Position numbers and translations under genes: made by a program. A model generated the notes under the pieces. It did no database searches and was not told the origin of the DNA. It worked only from the letters and a program-made list of their open reading frames with translations. 64,000 nucleotides of DNA from Amoebophrya sp. A120 (taxonomy: Eukaryota; Protista; Dinoflagellata): NCBI GenBank assembly GCA_905178155.1, contig CAJINV010000002.1:1919216-1983215 (forward strand), written 5' to 3'. Below, in pieces: positions 35,986 to 48,900 of the stretch (positions are counted from its first letter, which is position 1; each line of letters begins with the position of its first letter).

Positions 35986-38575
35986 TCAGTTCAACTTGTC
36001 CTTCGCGTCCGCGACATTTGAGAAAAAAACGTCCACCCAATCCACATCATAATCCGGTTCGTTGGGGAAGTACGGCCGCCCGTCCCAGGTGATCCTCTAT
36101 CAACTGTAAAAGTGTCTGAGTCTGGAAGATGGTAACTTGTCATGGTAAATCTGGAGCATACAAAAATCTGTGTTGCATGAGTGCCAAAAGCTTTCCACTT
36201 TCGACCAAGTTGGGAAGGAGTTTCTCATGCAGGATACGTATGGCAGAGACCTCCACGTCCACCTCGCAGAGCCTGTCATGCTAAGTCCCGCATTCCAGAC
36301 CTCATGGGCCATGGAAAAACTGCATGACAAGCTTACACTCTCCCAGACCCAGACATTTTTGCAATTGATATCCTTCTCCCCAAAACGAAGCATTTGAACG
36401 CGTAGGTGACTAGATTGTCGACTCGCAAATTCTATCAAGTGCAAAAATGTCTGGGTCTGGAAGGATGTAACCTGTGATGCGGATTTCAGAACACACAAAA
36501 ATCTCTCATGCATAGGTAGCAAAAGCTGCTCACTCTCTGTCACCAAAATGGCGGATTTGTCATGCAGGAACGGCATTGCGGAGGCTTCTCGAAACCTGTG
36601 ATGCTAGAGCTTCCATGCCAGACCTTCTGTGTCATGCAGAAACAGCATGACTCTTCCAGACCCAGACATTTTTACATTTGATAAATTCGGGTGCTGTTCC
36701 TTCTCCACCAGCATCTTGCTAATCTGCGGGTACTTCGTCCAGTGGCAACTTGGCCGCAAGTGGTGCGCTGTGTGGAAGCCGTTGTTGCACGTGAAAAAGT
36801 TGATCCACTCCCCGACAAAATCCCGCGCGAAGTTGAAGTCCGGATCCCACAGCTTGTTGCCGTTTTCATCCCGGATTTCTTTTGTCGTTGTGTTGTCGTC
36901 GGAGTTGTCCTTCGTGGAATCGGTGGACGATTCTTTGTCGTTGTTTACTGTATCTACTTCCTTCTCGATTTTACTCGTATCAACCTTTACTGGTGCTGGT
37001 TCCGCGACTAATGCAGCTGCTGTGAGTTCAACCTCCGACATCGGTCGAGCAGCAACAGCAACACCGCTCTGCGGGGGAGAGCAAGAAACTCGGCTCAGCA
37101 AATTAGTTGCGGTTTCCGAGCCCAGTTCTTGTTTCGCTTTTTCCCCCAGCACGTCCTTGTCAAAAATCACCTTCTCCCATTCCTCCTTTTTCTTCTCGAT
37201 ATCAACAGACTTTTCTTCTTCTTTCACCACGGTTTGACTTCCCTTTGCGATGTAGGGATCCGGGGTTTCGCCGAGCTCGCGAAGGACCAAGCAGCCGTCG
37301 TGCTGCAGCATGTTCATGGTGATTAATGCGAGCTTGGCCCAGAGCTGGGGGATGAGAAGGATCCACCACCATTGTTGGAAGTAGTTGTAGGCCAGGTAGA
37401 TCTGATAGATGTTTTTGATTTTGTAATATTGTTTGCATGTGATTCTTGCATGACAGGCAACTTTTCAAATTTTGCTTCTGCATGACAAAGAAAAATCAAA
37501 AAACAACCACATTCTATACCTGCAATGGGTAGTACGCCACCTGTTCGATGCGCATTCGGTAGTAGAGCCAGACGTTCCCCTTGGAGTACGCGATCATGAA
37601 GTATTTGTTGTCCGTAGGAATACAGTGGTAGGAGACCGAAACCCCGAAGAGCAGGCAGTTGATAAGGTTGTACCTTTGATAGAGTTTGTTGTATCATTAG
37701 CATTACAAATTGCATTTTTCCTTTTCCAAAATTTGTCATGCAATTCCTACCAATGCGATACATTTTTGTCATGCGTAAACACTAAAAAATTGTCAATACC
37801 TCCAGCGCATCCTTGTCGTCCGGAAGCTGTCCTTTGGCGTCTGCACGTACTTGTGGTGCGACAAGTTGTGCCCGGGGATTAAAGTCGACACCGGGTGCCC
37901 ATACGTGTGCGTCAAAACGATGTTCCACAGAGTGTTCACGTGGTAGTTCTTGAACTGCGCGAAGTGGATGCAGTTGTGCACGATCGTCGCGCAAAAAAAC
38001 GCGAAGGAGCAGGCCGCAATGATCCAACAGAAATCAAGAACCCCGATTGCTGTTTTGATCCCAAATTCCTGGGAGAAGAACGGTAATTCGTTCGCAACCG
38101 CTGGGTTCAAAACCTCTTGTTGTAAATATTGTGTGATTCTCCACTTCCCGGGGACCAGTTCCTCCGCTGCTTTATACCTCGGATCGAATTTGTACAGCCA
38201 CCATCTCCACGCGACCAGGGAATAATACGTCCCGACCAGCCAGAAGGTCCGCAAGTCCTGGTAATGCTTGAGGTTGCAGGCGGTCGCGATTTGTTGGAGG
38301 AGGGGTTTCGTGTACAACCGGAAGAACTTGCTGGAAGAAGATTCGTTTGTGGTGGAGGGTGAGGATTTCTTCAGCTGACCCGCGCCCGGTCTGGTGTAAG
38401 GAGTGGGCTTTGATGTCGTGGTAGAAGCACTAGACGGTTTTATGCAGTCCGCGGGGGGGATTAGGGCGGCTTGCTGCTTTTTTGCCGAGTTGGAAATGTG
38501 CTTCAATTCGTCATCTGCCTCCTTGTTCCGCTTGCGCATGGGGGACTCGGAGTCCCGCGTGCTGCTGTCGGACAT
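35986..38575 (-). CDS. Membrane fatty-acid desaturase family protein (~603 aa); 2 GT-AG introns (37674-37799, 37402-37519) + 2 introners
   Basis: Histidine boxes HNCIH, HNLSHH, NNGFHTAHH, plus LQHDG. Spliced length 1812 nt = 604 codons. Confidence 0.85.
36098..36370. mobile_element. Introner family A (273 bp)
   Basis: Family A TIR; TSD tcctc/tcctt. Confidence 0.9.
36433..36683. mobile_element. Introner family A (251 bp)
   Basis: Family A TIR; TSD aattc/aattc. Confidence 0.92.
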
Positions 38576-39960
38576 GGTGGTAGGTTGGATGTGCCCACAG
38601 CGTCTTCAAATAGTTCTGCTAGAAGTTTTTAGTCGTCTCCTGATGTTCGTCCTACTCGATTGAAAGGAAATTCAAATTTCGTCGTAATGTTTTCTACTTA
38701 TCCGCTTGCGCTGACAAGGCAGAGGACAAAAAATCTCTGTAGTTAATGCTTTGTACCACGTATTGTTCTTACGGAAAAAATTGCTTTGGGATAGTACAAC
38801 AGCCAGCGTAGTTTAGAGCCCTAGTTCCAGTATGTACTTCGCGGTCGCGATATGTATGTTAGTGTGTCGTGTTCGTTATGCGTAGTGGAAACTACTAGCG
38901 AAGATCGTACAGTGCTGTTGCGCAAAATAAACCTCGAAGGGCGAAACAATGCGTTTACTACTAGATCATACAGGAAACTACAGTGTCAGCACGCCTGTGT
39001 TAGGTTGTCCTCGGTAGAGAAACTCCTACACCTTGGGCAACACAGGCAGAAAAAGTCCAAAACTCGTGCTCGTCGTATACTGTATACGATTTTTTTTACA
39101 ACTACATGCGTAAATGTGGCAATGCTCAGAATTATGCGTGCGTGACTAAGCTGAAGCCATCACCAGGGGGGCTCACTGTGTGTAATTGGATGTTTTTGAA
39201 TTTGTTATCGCTTCCTTGCTTATGCTACTATGTCTCCCGACATTTTTTTTACCAATACCAGGACATGCACGTTATAAATTTCGATCGGAGCGAGCGTATA
39301 CGTCATTTTATATTTTGTACGAGACAAAAAGTTGTACGACACCGAGCGCATTCTTGCATACTTAGTTCCAATTCAGAATGAACGACTTGCTCTTCATCAC
39401 GCCATCTCTACTGCTCAACGTTCCTCATGGTACAGTCTACATTTCGCTGGTACGGCCACGCTCATTAGGTTCTTTTTTCTCATATCATTTCGAACGCCGA
39501 TGGACAGAATTTCAAGTGTCTACTTCGAAGACCGATGTTCTGCGCGCAAACGAAAATTTTGTACGTTCAATTTGTTTCTTCTTGCCGCAGCAGTTCTCTA
39601 TCGACGTCTATTTCTTGGAACGGATTCTGGTAGTACCTCCATCTCGAAACGGAAAATCAGTTAAATTTTCCAGAAGCTCTGCCTGTGATTTGTCTTGTGA
39701 TCGCTATAACATAAAGGTTCTAACAGCCGCGTACAGCGTCTGCTCGCTTTTATTCTGATCGCTATTTTTCTTCGTAAAAAATTGACTCTGAAACAAGTTC
39801 GCTATCTTTGTGAAAATCCAAATTCTGATCGCTATTGGAAGTCATGGTTCCGTAGCTTCTTTTGTCGAAACTATTACTGCTTCTATCTAATTGTACAAGG
39901 TCGCGGCCTCGTGCATGCGCAAAACGAAATCTGTCATGCGCAAAAGGCATTATATACTAT

Positions 39961-42900
39961 TCAAGAAAAATCCACTAGCAGGAAGTTCATCAAATCTCTA
40001 TCCTTCAAAATTTCCGCTTCCTGCTTCTTCTTCTCATACTTTTCCTTCTCCAATTCCCACAACTCCTTTTCCTCTTTCTTATGAATCCCGTGCATGTCGA
40101 TCCCATTCGTCTTCGCCGAATCAATCTCGGAAATCGTCGTCGACAGCGCGAGGATCCGCCTGATCCGCTCCGTCACGTGCGACCGATGGTACGGGGGTAA
40201 GGCGGAAATCACCAATCTCGATTCGTATTTCTCCAAAACGTGTTTCAACAATTATCGTAAGGAAAAATCACACCTCCCCATATCAAAAAGGTACTTCTCA
40301 GAAAATTTGTAATGCTGATTTGTGACCACAAATCTTTGTGTCTTGCAAGAAGGCAACTCTACAGTCTCCGCCACATTATGCAAGCAGTTTGTGATGCTGC
40401 TTGGGCTACAGCATAGACATTTGTGATGCTAATCGTCCACGTCAGACGTTCTGTACTCAGGCAGGGCATACGCCTGCAATGCTCTACTGCAAGACAGCTC
40501 TGATTTGTGTACGGAAATCCAGCATCAGAAACTTCGTTTTGATATGGGGAGGGGGGATTTTTCCGTTTGATAACAGTGACTGAAACCGCCCGTTTTCATT
40601 CAATTTCTTCACGTTTTCGTTGATCAGCGCGACGTACTGCCGCGGTCCGGTGCACAAGTTTCCGAGTATGCAGTGCAAAGGTATCGCACTCGTACTAATT
40701 GCAGCTACGCATGACAACTTTCCTTCTTAAGCTAAATCAGCATTACAAATTCCATTTGTCATGCTGCGCCTATTTGTATTGCAATTCGTACTAGTACGAT
40801 GTTTCTGCATTTCATACCGAGCAAAGCCAGGCAAAATTCTATCGCCGTGAAATTCTCTTCGTAGTAGAATTCCCGCATCAACTCGAATAGCAATTCCAGC
40901 CCCTCCTCCTTCGCGAAATTATGCTTCACCACCCCCTCCGCCGGACTCGGCACCCCGGGTGGTTGATCCGGTTCTTGGGTCAAGGGACTTGGGGAAACCA
41001 AGTGGATCAGGAAGTTGAGAATCACCAGCACGAAGTATCTTGTTTCCAGAAATAACGATGTGGAAGACCTACTATTCGGATTACTGGATGGTTTCGTCAA
41101 CGCGGACACAATCCCGCCAGCGACGTCACTCAACCCCTGCACTGCCTCGCCGATCGCCTGGCCCGCTTTTCCGACCACCGCGGCAACTGCGTGGGCTGCG
41201 GTGTCTTCGTCGGAATAGTTATCGGCGTTGTCATAATTTTCAGCTGCATTATTTTCCACCGCAGCAGCCGATCTTCTATGTTTGTGCTTGTTCGGGATCT
41301 TCCCGTTCCGGTCTTTCAGCGCATTCCGCTGTTTGTCATGGTCCTCCCCCAGCATGTGCCGGTACATGGAGGTCTCGTGGAGGAAATCTTCCCCGTATTT
41401 CCCCTCAAATTTATCCACCGTTGACCCCAACCCGTGGTGGTTGCGGTAGAGCTCCTTCACGACGTTACTTCTCGTTTTCAACCCGCCGATGTGGCCTATG
41501 ACAGTGCACAACTTCAACTCCCCCTTCCGCGCCTCATTTGTCATGCAAAATCGTAAATCCAGGCTGCGCATCTTGGCACTGTTTGCATGACAAGTTCTGG
41601 TAGCCCAAATAGCCCTTTAGTCCAGTGCACACTTGTCATGCACAACCGGCATTCTTGCTGATGCTTGTATTGCTGTTCATGCCATACAAATGAGGGGGAG
41701 GGAGAGTTGTGCACTGTCATATGGCCATGCCCTTGATCGTGTTGACTATGCGTCCCCGTGTGCCCGTCCTTCGCTAATAACGTTGCGACGTGCTTCGCCC
41801 GATGGTCATGCGACTGAATTCCGTCGAGATGTTGCCTCAAGTGGTTCGCGGACATGGAGTGGTGATTATTCTGCCCCTTTTTACTGGTGTGCGCGTTCGC
41901 GAAAGTACTACTCTCATTCCCGGCATCTTTCGTTAAGCCGTACGTGAAAAACCGGTTCTGCGCTAATGCTGTGTGTCTTGTCCTCCGCAAATCGTTCAGC
42001 CTGTGCCGTAACAACGCGACTAAAATCACGTCAAACCCCGCTTCCATGATCTGCTGCCGGCCGAATTTCTCGCGTTTTTGGATCTCGAACAGGACAAGAA
42101 TCGGGTAGAGAATGATCCTGTTCCCCTTGAGTTTCGCGGAAAAATACCGCTTCACGACAAGCAACATCGCGGAGCAGAGTAACCGCGTGTCGTGGGTTCG
42201 GTGTAGAGACCAAGAGGACCGTGGGTTCTCCGCGTCGAACTCGAAGTCTACGTCATCCGTTTGCACCGCGTCGAGCAACTGTAGTTCCTTTTTCGTCCGG
42301 ACCCAAGAATCCTGCTCCACGTCCGCAACTACCGCTTTTCCGTCCGTCTTCCTGGTTAAGTTCAACTGCTGTCCGGAACTGCCTGCTTGCCTACCGCCGC
42401 CACTGTGCCCGACGAAGGACTGAATGACCCTCTCCACGTCAAACTGCCCCTCCTATCAACTGCAAAAATGTCTGGGTCTGGAAGATCCTGAGACCTGTCG
42501 CGCATATTTTGCATGCGCCATGATGCCTGTGATGCATGCCCTAGCATCACAGATTTTTCGAGGGCTTCTGAATGCCTATTCCGCATGAAAAATGCCCTCT
42601 CCGCGTAGCAAGAATTGCACTTCCTTCGCTACTCATGCAATACAGATTTTTTTGGAATCCAAACGCAGCATCACAAGTTACATCCTTCCAGACCCAGACA
42701 TATTTGCAGTTCATACCTCCTCCTCCTCGTCGATTTTGTGGTCGACGTCGTGTCTTCTGTGTCCTAGGTGCCGGAGCTCAAGCTCGCTCGTCATTCCGAA
42801 GAGTTGGTACTGGTTGGGAACTTTGAAATCCTGCGCGTGGAAAACTTTTTTCTCCAACCCGGACTGCTTCCGAAGCTCGATGTAGCGGGCTGGTAATTTT

Positions 42901-45900
42901 TTTTTTGTACTTAATTTGATTGTGATTGATGCAAACAAGCCATGGTGACGACGACAATTTCCATCAAGTTTAGTAGTGGGAGTGCTGAGATAACATGAGA
43001 AAAAAATGCAAGAATCGTGCAAAGATGAAGAAATTGAAAAAACATCAAGTACACATCTTCGGTTCCAGCGCCTTGTCCCCCAGATCGAAAAACTTCTTCG
43101 CCCTCAACTCCTTCTCCGTTGCCTTTTTCCGATACACCTTCCCTCCTAATAGCCCGATATCATCATCTTCTTCGCTCGACCAGAACTCAATGTCGCCCGG
43201 CTTCGGCTCCTCCGGCATGTTGATCGCACGGTGTCTGGCGAGCATATGCATTGCAAAAGCATCGTGCCCGTACTAATTGCGATCACGCATGACAGATCCA
43301 TTTTTCTACCGGATCTAGCATGACAGATCGCATTTTCGTTCTTGAGTAGAGAATTTGTAATGCAAGAATGTACTAGTACGATACTTTTGCAATGCGTATC
43401 GCAAGTCTTTGCACCACTTTTTCTTCTCTTCCAACGACAAAAACTGCTCTTTGTTCATATCTTTCCGGTTTAATGGGTATTCCGTTATGTACAAAAACTC
43501 CCGCCACTGCTTCACAAACCTGGCTCGAAGCGCAATATACCGGGATTCCAACGCCTCTTTCCCCATCTGCATGTTCTCATTCGCCTCCTTCATCAACTCC
43601 GCCTGCGTGTCGAACTCGTGTTGGAGAATTTCCTTCTTCCGCTGTTGGATCTTGTGCGTCAACAATTCCCGCACGACCGGGTCGTAATGCAACGCCGTCG
43701 CGATTTTCTCGTAGTTCGTCTCCTCATAATCGTCGTCCAAATTCGCCAGTTTTCGCACTTTATTCCTCCTATGCCCCGTTTTCGCCTTTTGCAGCATACT
43801 ACCCGCGTCGGTTTTCGCGTTGATTCCATCATGTAAGTGCTTGTGGTCCGGGGTGTCGAACACTTCCCCGACTTGCGAAATCGCGGACTTCACCGCGTCC
43901 ATGTGCGATTTCCCCGGGCGGCCGTTGAGTTGGGAATCATTGGAACCGGATTTCAAATCGAGTAGCATCATCGTCGCGCGGAATAAATGCCCGGGCTCGT
44001 ACTGCGGCCCGCCGAGATAGTCGTGGAGACCGGAGATCTTTTCCACGTAGGGGTGGAGATCAAAATTCCTCGTTAAAATCCGCACACAGGACAGCACGAT
44101 ATCCTCGTGCTCCGCGAACTGCCGGAGGAGATCCAAAACTTGCGGTGTGTCGTTCGCGGTGACGAAGTCGTCAAAGTGTAAATGGAGGAAGCAAAACGTT
44201 TCCGCGATGGTTTTGGAATCTGCGAAACGGGATTTCGCCAGATGGGTTAATCTCGTCAGTGATTTCAAAAACAGAGGGTATTTCGACAGCAGGTTATCGC
44301 CGGAATGGACTGTTTTGTCCACGATTTCCTCGAAGTTGATCTTTTTCTTCTGGTGTTTTTTGTGTTTCTTCGTGGAGATTAACTCGGACACGGGAACTAC
44401 ATTTTCCACGTCCTCCAAAACGTGTTCTCCGATGTCCTGGACCAGATGCCCGAACGCCTCGGATTGCTTCAGGGTGGAATGCATGGCGGATTTCACGGAA
44501 GAAACCGCGTTCGTGACGCCCGCGACGAGGAAATTGGGTGGCTTTTTCTTCTTATGCGGGAGCTGGGGTCGTTGGAGATTAGCCCTGGTTCCTGTACCGG
44601 GACCTGAAGGGCCCGAAGCTGCACCACTTCCAGTTACTTCGTGGTGTCTACTACCTCCATGATGTCCACCGTGATCTCCTTCCTCCTCGCTTCCACTCGG
44701 CGTTTCCGGCGGGTAGAAGTCCTTGTGCGAATCCCCCGAGTGCAAAACCGGCTTCACGATCAACTCCTCAATCGCGTTTGTCAACGGTCCGTAGTCCCCC
44801 GGCTGAAAGAAGTACTTCGGAACTTGGTTGAGCTGGTTCTCTAGAGTATCCCACGAAAAAACTGTTTCACTGTGATGGTTTTGCAAGATCTGCATCACAA
44901 GTTTCTTACACATGACACAGAAAATTTGCCATGCTTCCTTCCAAAGGGAATACACCCTTAAAGAGTCAACGTCAAGGTCTTGCTGGTGTAGCAAGACAAA
45001 TAGTTCTGTGTTCCATTTTATGCATCACAAGTTAAAAAGTTTTTTCTTGCGGTACAGAGACGTTCTGCCGTAATACGCCTCGTCCAAAACCGCTTCTTCG
45101 GGATCTACCCTGCCGTGATGGCGCCCCTCGGTGTCCGAACCAGACTCCGAGTCGAACCCCGGCGCGTTCATTTTTTTCATTTGGTTTCGAACACCGGAGG
45201 GGAGATTCTTCGCCACCGTTTTGGCCGCTTTCGCCGCGGTATCGGTTACGCCTTTCACCACTTTTCCGAGGAGTGTTTTCGCTCGATTCTGCACGTTTCC
45301 GGTTGACTCCCCAGTGATCCCCTCGACTAAAGAGCCGACCGCAGCGCCGACCGTCGCGCCAACACCCGATGATTGGTCCTCCATGTGGACGATGCGGTTG
45401 ATGTGGTCAATGGCGATCACGAGTTTCACCAAAATCTGCAACCCGATAGACTGCAACTTCCGTTCGAAAGGGTACAAATCCAAAATCTGGATCAAACACC
45501 CTAAACAATCCTGGTTCCGCCCATCGAGCGACAAAATCGCGAAAAAAGCTGCCATCGACGGGGTTATTTCCACGCATTCTAGTGCTCTTGTTTGATTTCC
45601 CAAGTGTTTCCAAAATCCAAATGAGCGAACGAATTGGTCCAACAGCAAAGTTGTGTGAAACCGCTCGTCTTCCAAAACAGAGCTAGAAGAAACCCCATTG
45701 ATCACGGTGTCCACCTCAAATAAATGCTTCAAACACAGCAACGCTTGCAGCAAAATCCTCGTGTCTGATTTGTGCAGTTGCAGTGCGTGGACGCAAATCC
45801 CGACTTTCTCCCTCAACCGGTAAAACCGGAATTTATTCCTCTGCTCAAACGATTCCCAGCCGAAGGTGTCGTGAAACGGGTCGTCGGTTTCTTCGAACTG

Positions 45901-48900
45901 CCCCTGCTGTATGCAATACAAATTTACCGTGCATGCACGAAATGCATGACAAATTTTGGTTCAAGCTATGAAAAACAGTGATTTGTAATGCTGAATGAGG
46001 TAGGACAAGTTTTTTGTTATGCGTGGTCATCATCTGTAGTAGTACGTGCGTGTACGGGAAACGTGCTCCTGCTGTGAATATGCTCGAGCCTCGTCCGGTC
46101 CATGTGGTTGACGGATTCCTGCGCGAGAATCACCAAGTGGATCACGTGTTCCACTTCGGTTGTGTTTAAAATTCCTATATGAGAGTGCAAAACTCGCCCT
46201 CCCCCTCATTTGTAGTGCATTTCTAGCAACAGAAACCACCTCAAAACTGCAGTCTCTGCATTACAAATCCGCGCACGGAGCATAGTGCAGTTTGGGTTTC
46301 CAGAACTTGTCATGCAAGCACAGCCAAGAGGCTCAGACAGGATTTGGCATTTTTGCATGACAAATGAGGGGGAGGGGGAGTTGTGCACTCTCATAGCCTA
46401 AACTCCTTTTGTAGTAGTAGAAATCCAGCACGAAGTTCATCACCTCGATCGGTAACTCGTCGAACGGATCCGCTGTCAACGAAAACCCAAGCAGCAGTCT
46501 CGTGTGCAAAAAGTGCAAGTCCTTGTTTTTCAAAGTTTTCCGCCCTGGGCACCGATTGAAGAAGTCCTTCATTTCCTTATCTTCGCTGCTCATGTCCACT
46601 TTGGATTTCGTTTCAAAATTCGTGATGTTCGACTGGAGATATTGCTCGAAGAGTTTCTGGCCAGCGGCGTTTTCATTTTGGTCCGCCGAGTTGTTGTAGC
46701 CGCGGAGCTTTTCTTCATCTTGACTAGTAGCAGTACCAGCGGCATAGGACGAAGCAGTTTGGTCGTCGACCGAGGAACTACCACCTGCTGCACCCTTTCC
46801 CTTGCCTTTCGACTTGTCCATATCCAGAAACGAGAAGTCCACGCAATACGCGTCTAAACACTGCAGCACGTCGAAAAGGATTTTAAACAATAATTTCTGA
46901 ATGTCGAAAATGTTCTGAAATTCCCTAGTTACCAAGTTGTGGATGTTTAGCACCGCTTCCACCATCCACTGTAACACCAGTTGCTCGTCGCAGAAGTTTT
47001 TGAAACAGTCCAAAACCATGGAGAGATAGTGGAACAACACATTCGTGTCGATTGTCGTTTTGGTCCGGATCTTCTTATACTCCCTTTTTTCTTCTTCCGT
47101 CATGTGTTCGTGATCCGGGTGGGGTAAGTGTTTGTGGTTCGAATTCCACAGATCGTGCTCGTGGTAGGTTTATGAATTGCAAAAGACTCGTACTCGTATA
47201 GATGCATGACAAATGCCCTCAACGTGAGAAATGAAATTTGTAATGCGGATTTACCTTGAGAAAAAAATTTGTAATGCATGATTGCAATTACTACGAGTAC
47301 GATGCTTTTGCACAGGATAAGGCTTTGCTTTGGAACTCATCTTCGGAGGAAGAGGAAGAACTCGATTCCTCTTCATCCAATTTCTCTTCCTCAAAACCCT
47401 GTTGATCACCACCGCCTTCCTTCTCCCGGTCCCTCCTCAACTTGTCCATTTTCATCGCGTGTTTGGTTTTGATCGTCCCTAAGTTTGCGAGAATGATCAA
47501 CAGCCTGATGAAATGCGGTAAATTCTCCCTGCACCCGAGACTCCCGTTCATTTGCTGCTGCTGCAATTTCAAAAAAACTTGTCTGGCGTTCTTCGGATGT
47601 TTCCCAGGACTCTTCAAATTCTGGTGCAAGTAGTTCTGCTGCTGCCCGCGGAGTTTCATCATCGCGGCGACTTGGGAATTGCTCATTCTCGCCCGGAGTC
47701 TCGGCGGGATTTGGTTCTTATTGCTTCCTCTTTGCGTCGCTTTGGTCGTTTTCGAACCCGAGGGGGAAGATGCTGCACCGCCACTTCTTCCAGCGTCTTT
47801 CTGCACGGCGGAAACTTCGAAGGATTTCAGAGCGCCACCAACACGATATCAAATGCAAAAATGTCTGGGTCTGGAATCTTGCAACTTGTGATGCTGTCTT
47901 TGGAATTGGAAGGTAAAAAAAAATCTGTATTGCATGACCAGCAAGACGGGGAGTTCAGTTTGTGCTACGGGGAGTGGGCGTTTCTCATGCGGAATACGCA
48001 TCAGAAGGCCCTTTAAAAATCTGCGATGCTAGGCCATGCATTACAGGCATCACGGGTTATGCAAAATATGCATGACAAACCTGGCAATCTTCGTCTTCCA
48101 GACCCAGACATTTTTGCACTTGATACACCGCCAGAAACCCCCATCTCCTCCATCCGGATCTCCTCGTAGATGTCTTCCAAATCCTTCATCGCGATGGAGT
48201 GTAACGCGTCGAAAACCTCCTCCGGCTCTTTCTCCCAAATGGACTTCAAATAACCCCCTCCCCGGCCGAAGTTGATCGCATCCGCTTCTTCGTTCACGAT
48301 GTCGAGCTTTTCTTCTACGATCTTGTCCAGTTTTTTGTTCTTGATCGTCTCTAAATACCTCTCCGTTTCCTCCTTCGCCTGGATGAAAGCGAGATTTTCC
48401 TCCGACCTTGGCCCCACGGTGTAATCCCGGACGTTGACGCGGAGTTTCCGGTCCACTTTCTGTGCGTTTTTCTCGACTAAATTCATCACTTCAGTGATTG
48501 TGCGTTGCTTCCGGAATTTCAAATTGTACGGCATCTTGTATGCATACTTCCCCCAATCGGGCGGGAGCCCCTTGTACCCTTTTCTCACTTCGGAACCGAG
48601 GATAACAAGCCTTTCGGGAAACCCGGGATAGGCACGGAAAAACAACAACTGCTTCGGCCACGTCGTGCGGCTAGTTTGTTTCGCCTTCCGGGCCTTTTTC
48701 TGTTCCTCGGTTTCGTTTTCATCCGAAATCTCGTCATCGTCCGCTCGGACCAAAACGTCTTCGGGGAAAAGCACCTCGATGTGGTCCTCCCAATTCGGCT
48801 CTTCTTCTTGATCCTCATCAGAAGTGTCAACTTCTTCCCCCGCTTTCCGCTGCTTCTCCCGGTCCTTTTTCCGCTTCGCTTTTTCTTTGTCCTTTTCCTT

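Noticed and set aside
3155-38575. Interpreting the interrupted genes as transposon-disrupted pseudogenes
   Set aside because: Catalytic motifs are intact and frames are restored by one uniform rule, with no other lesions noticed.
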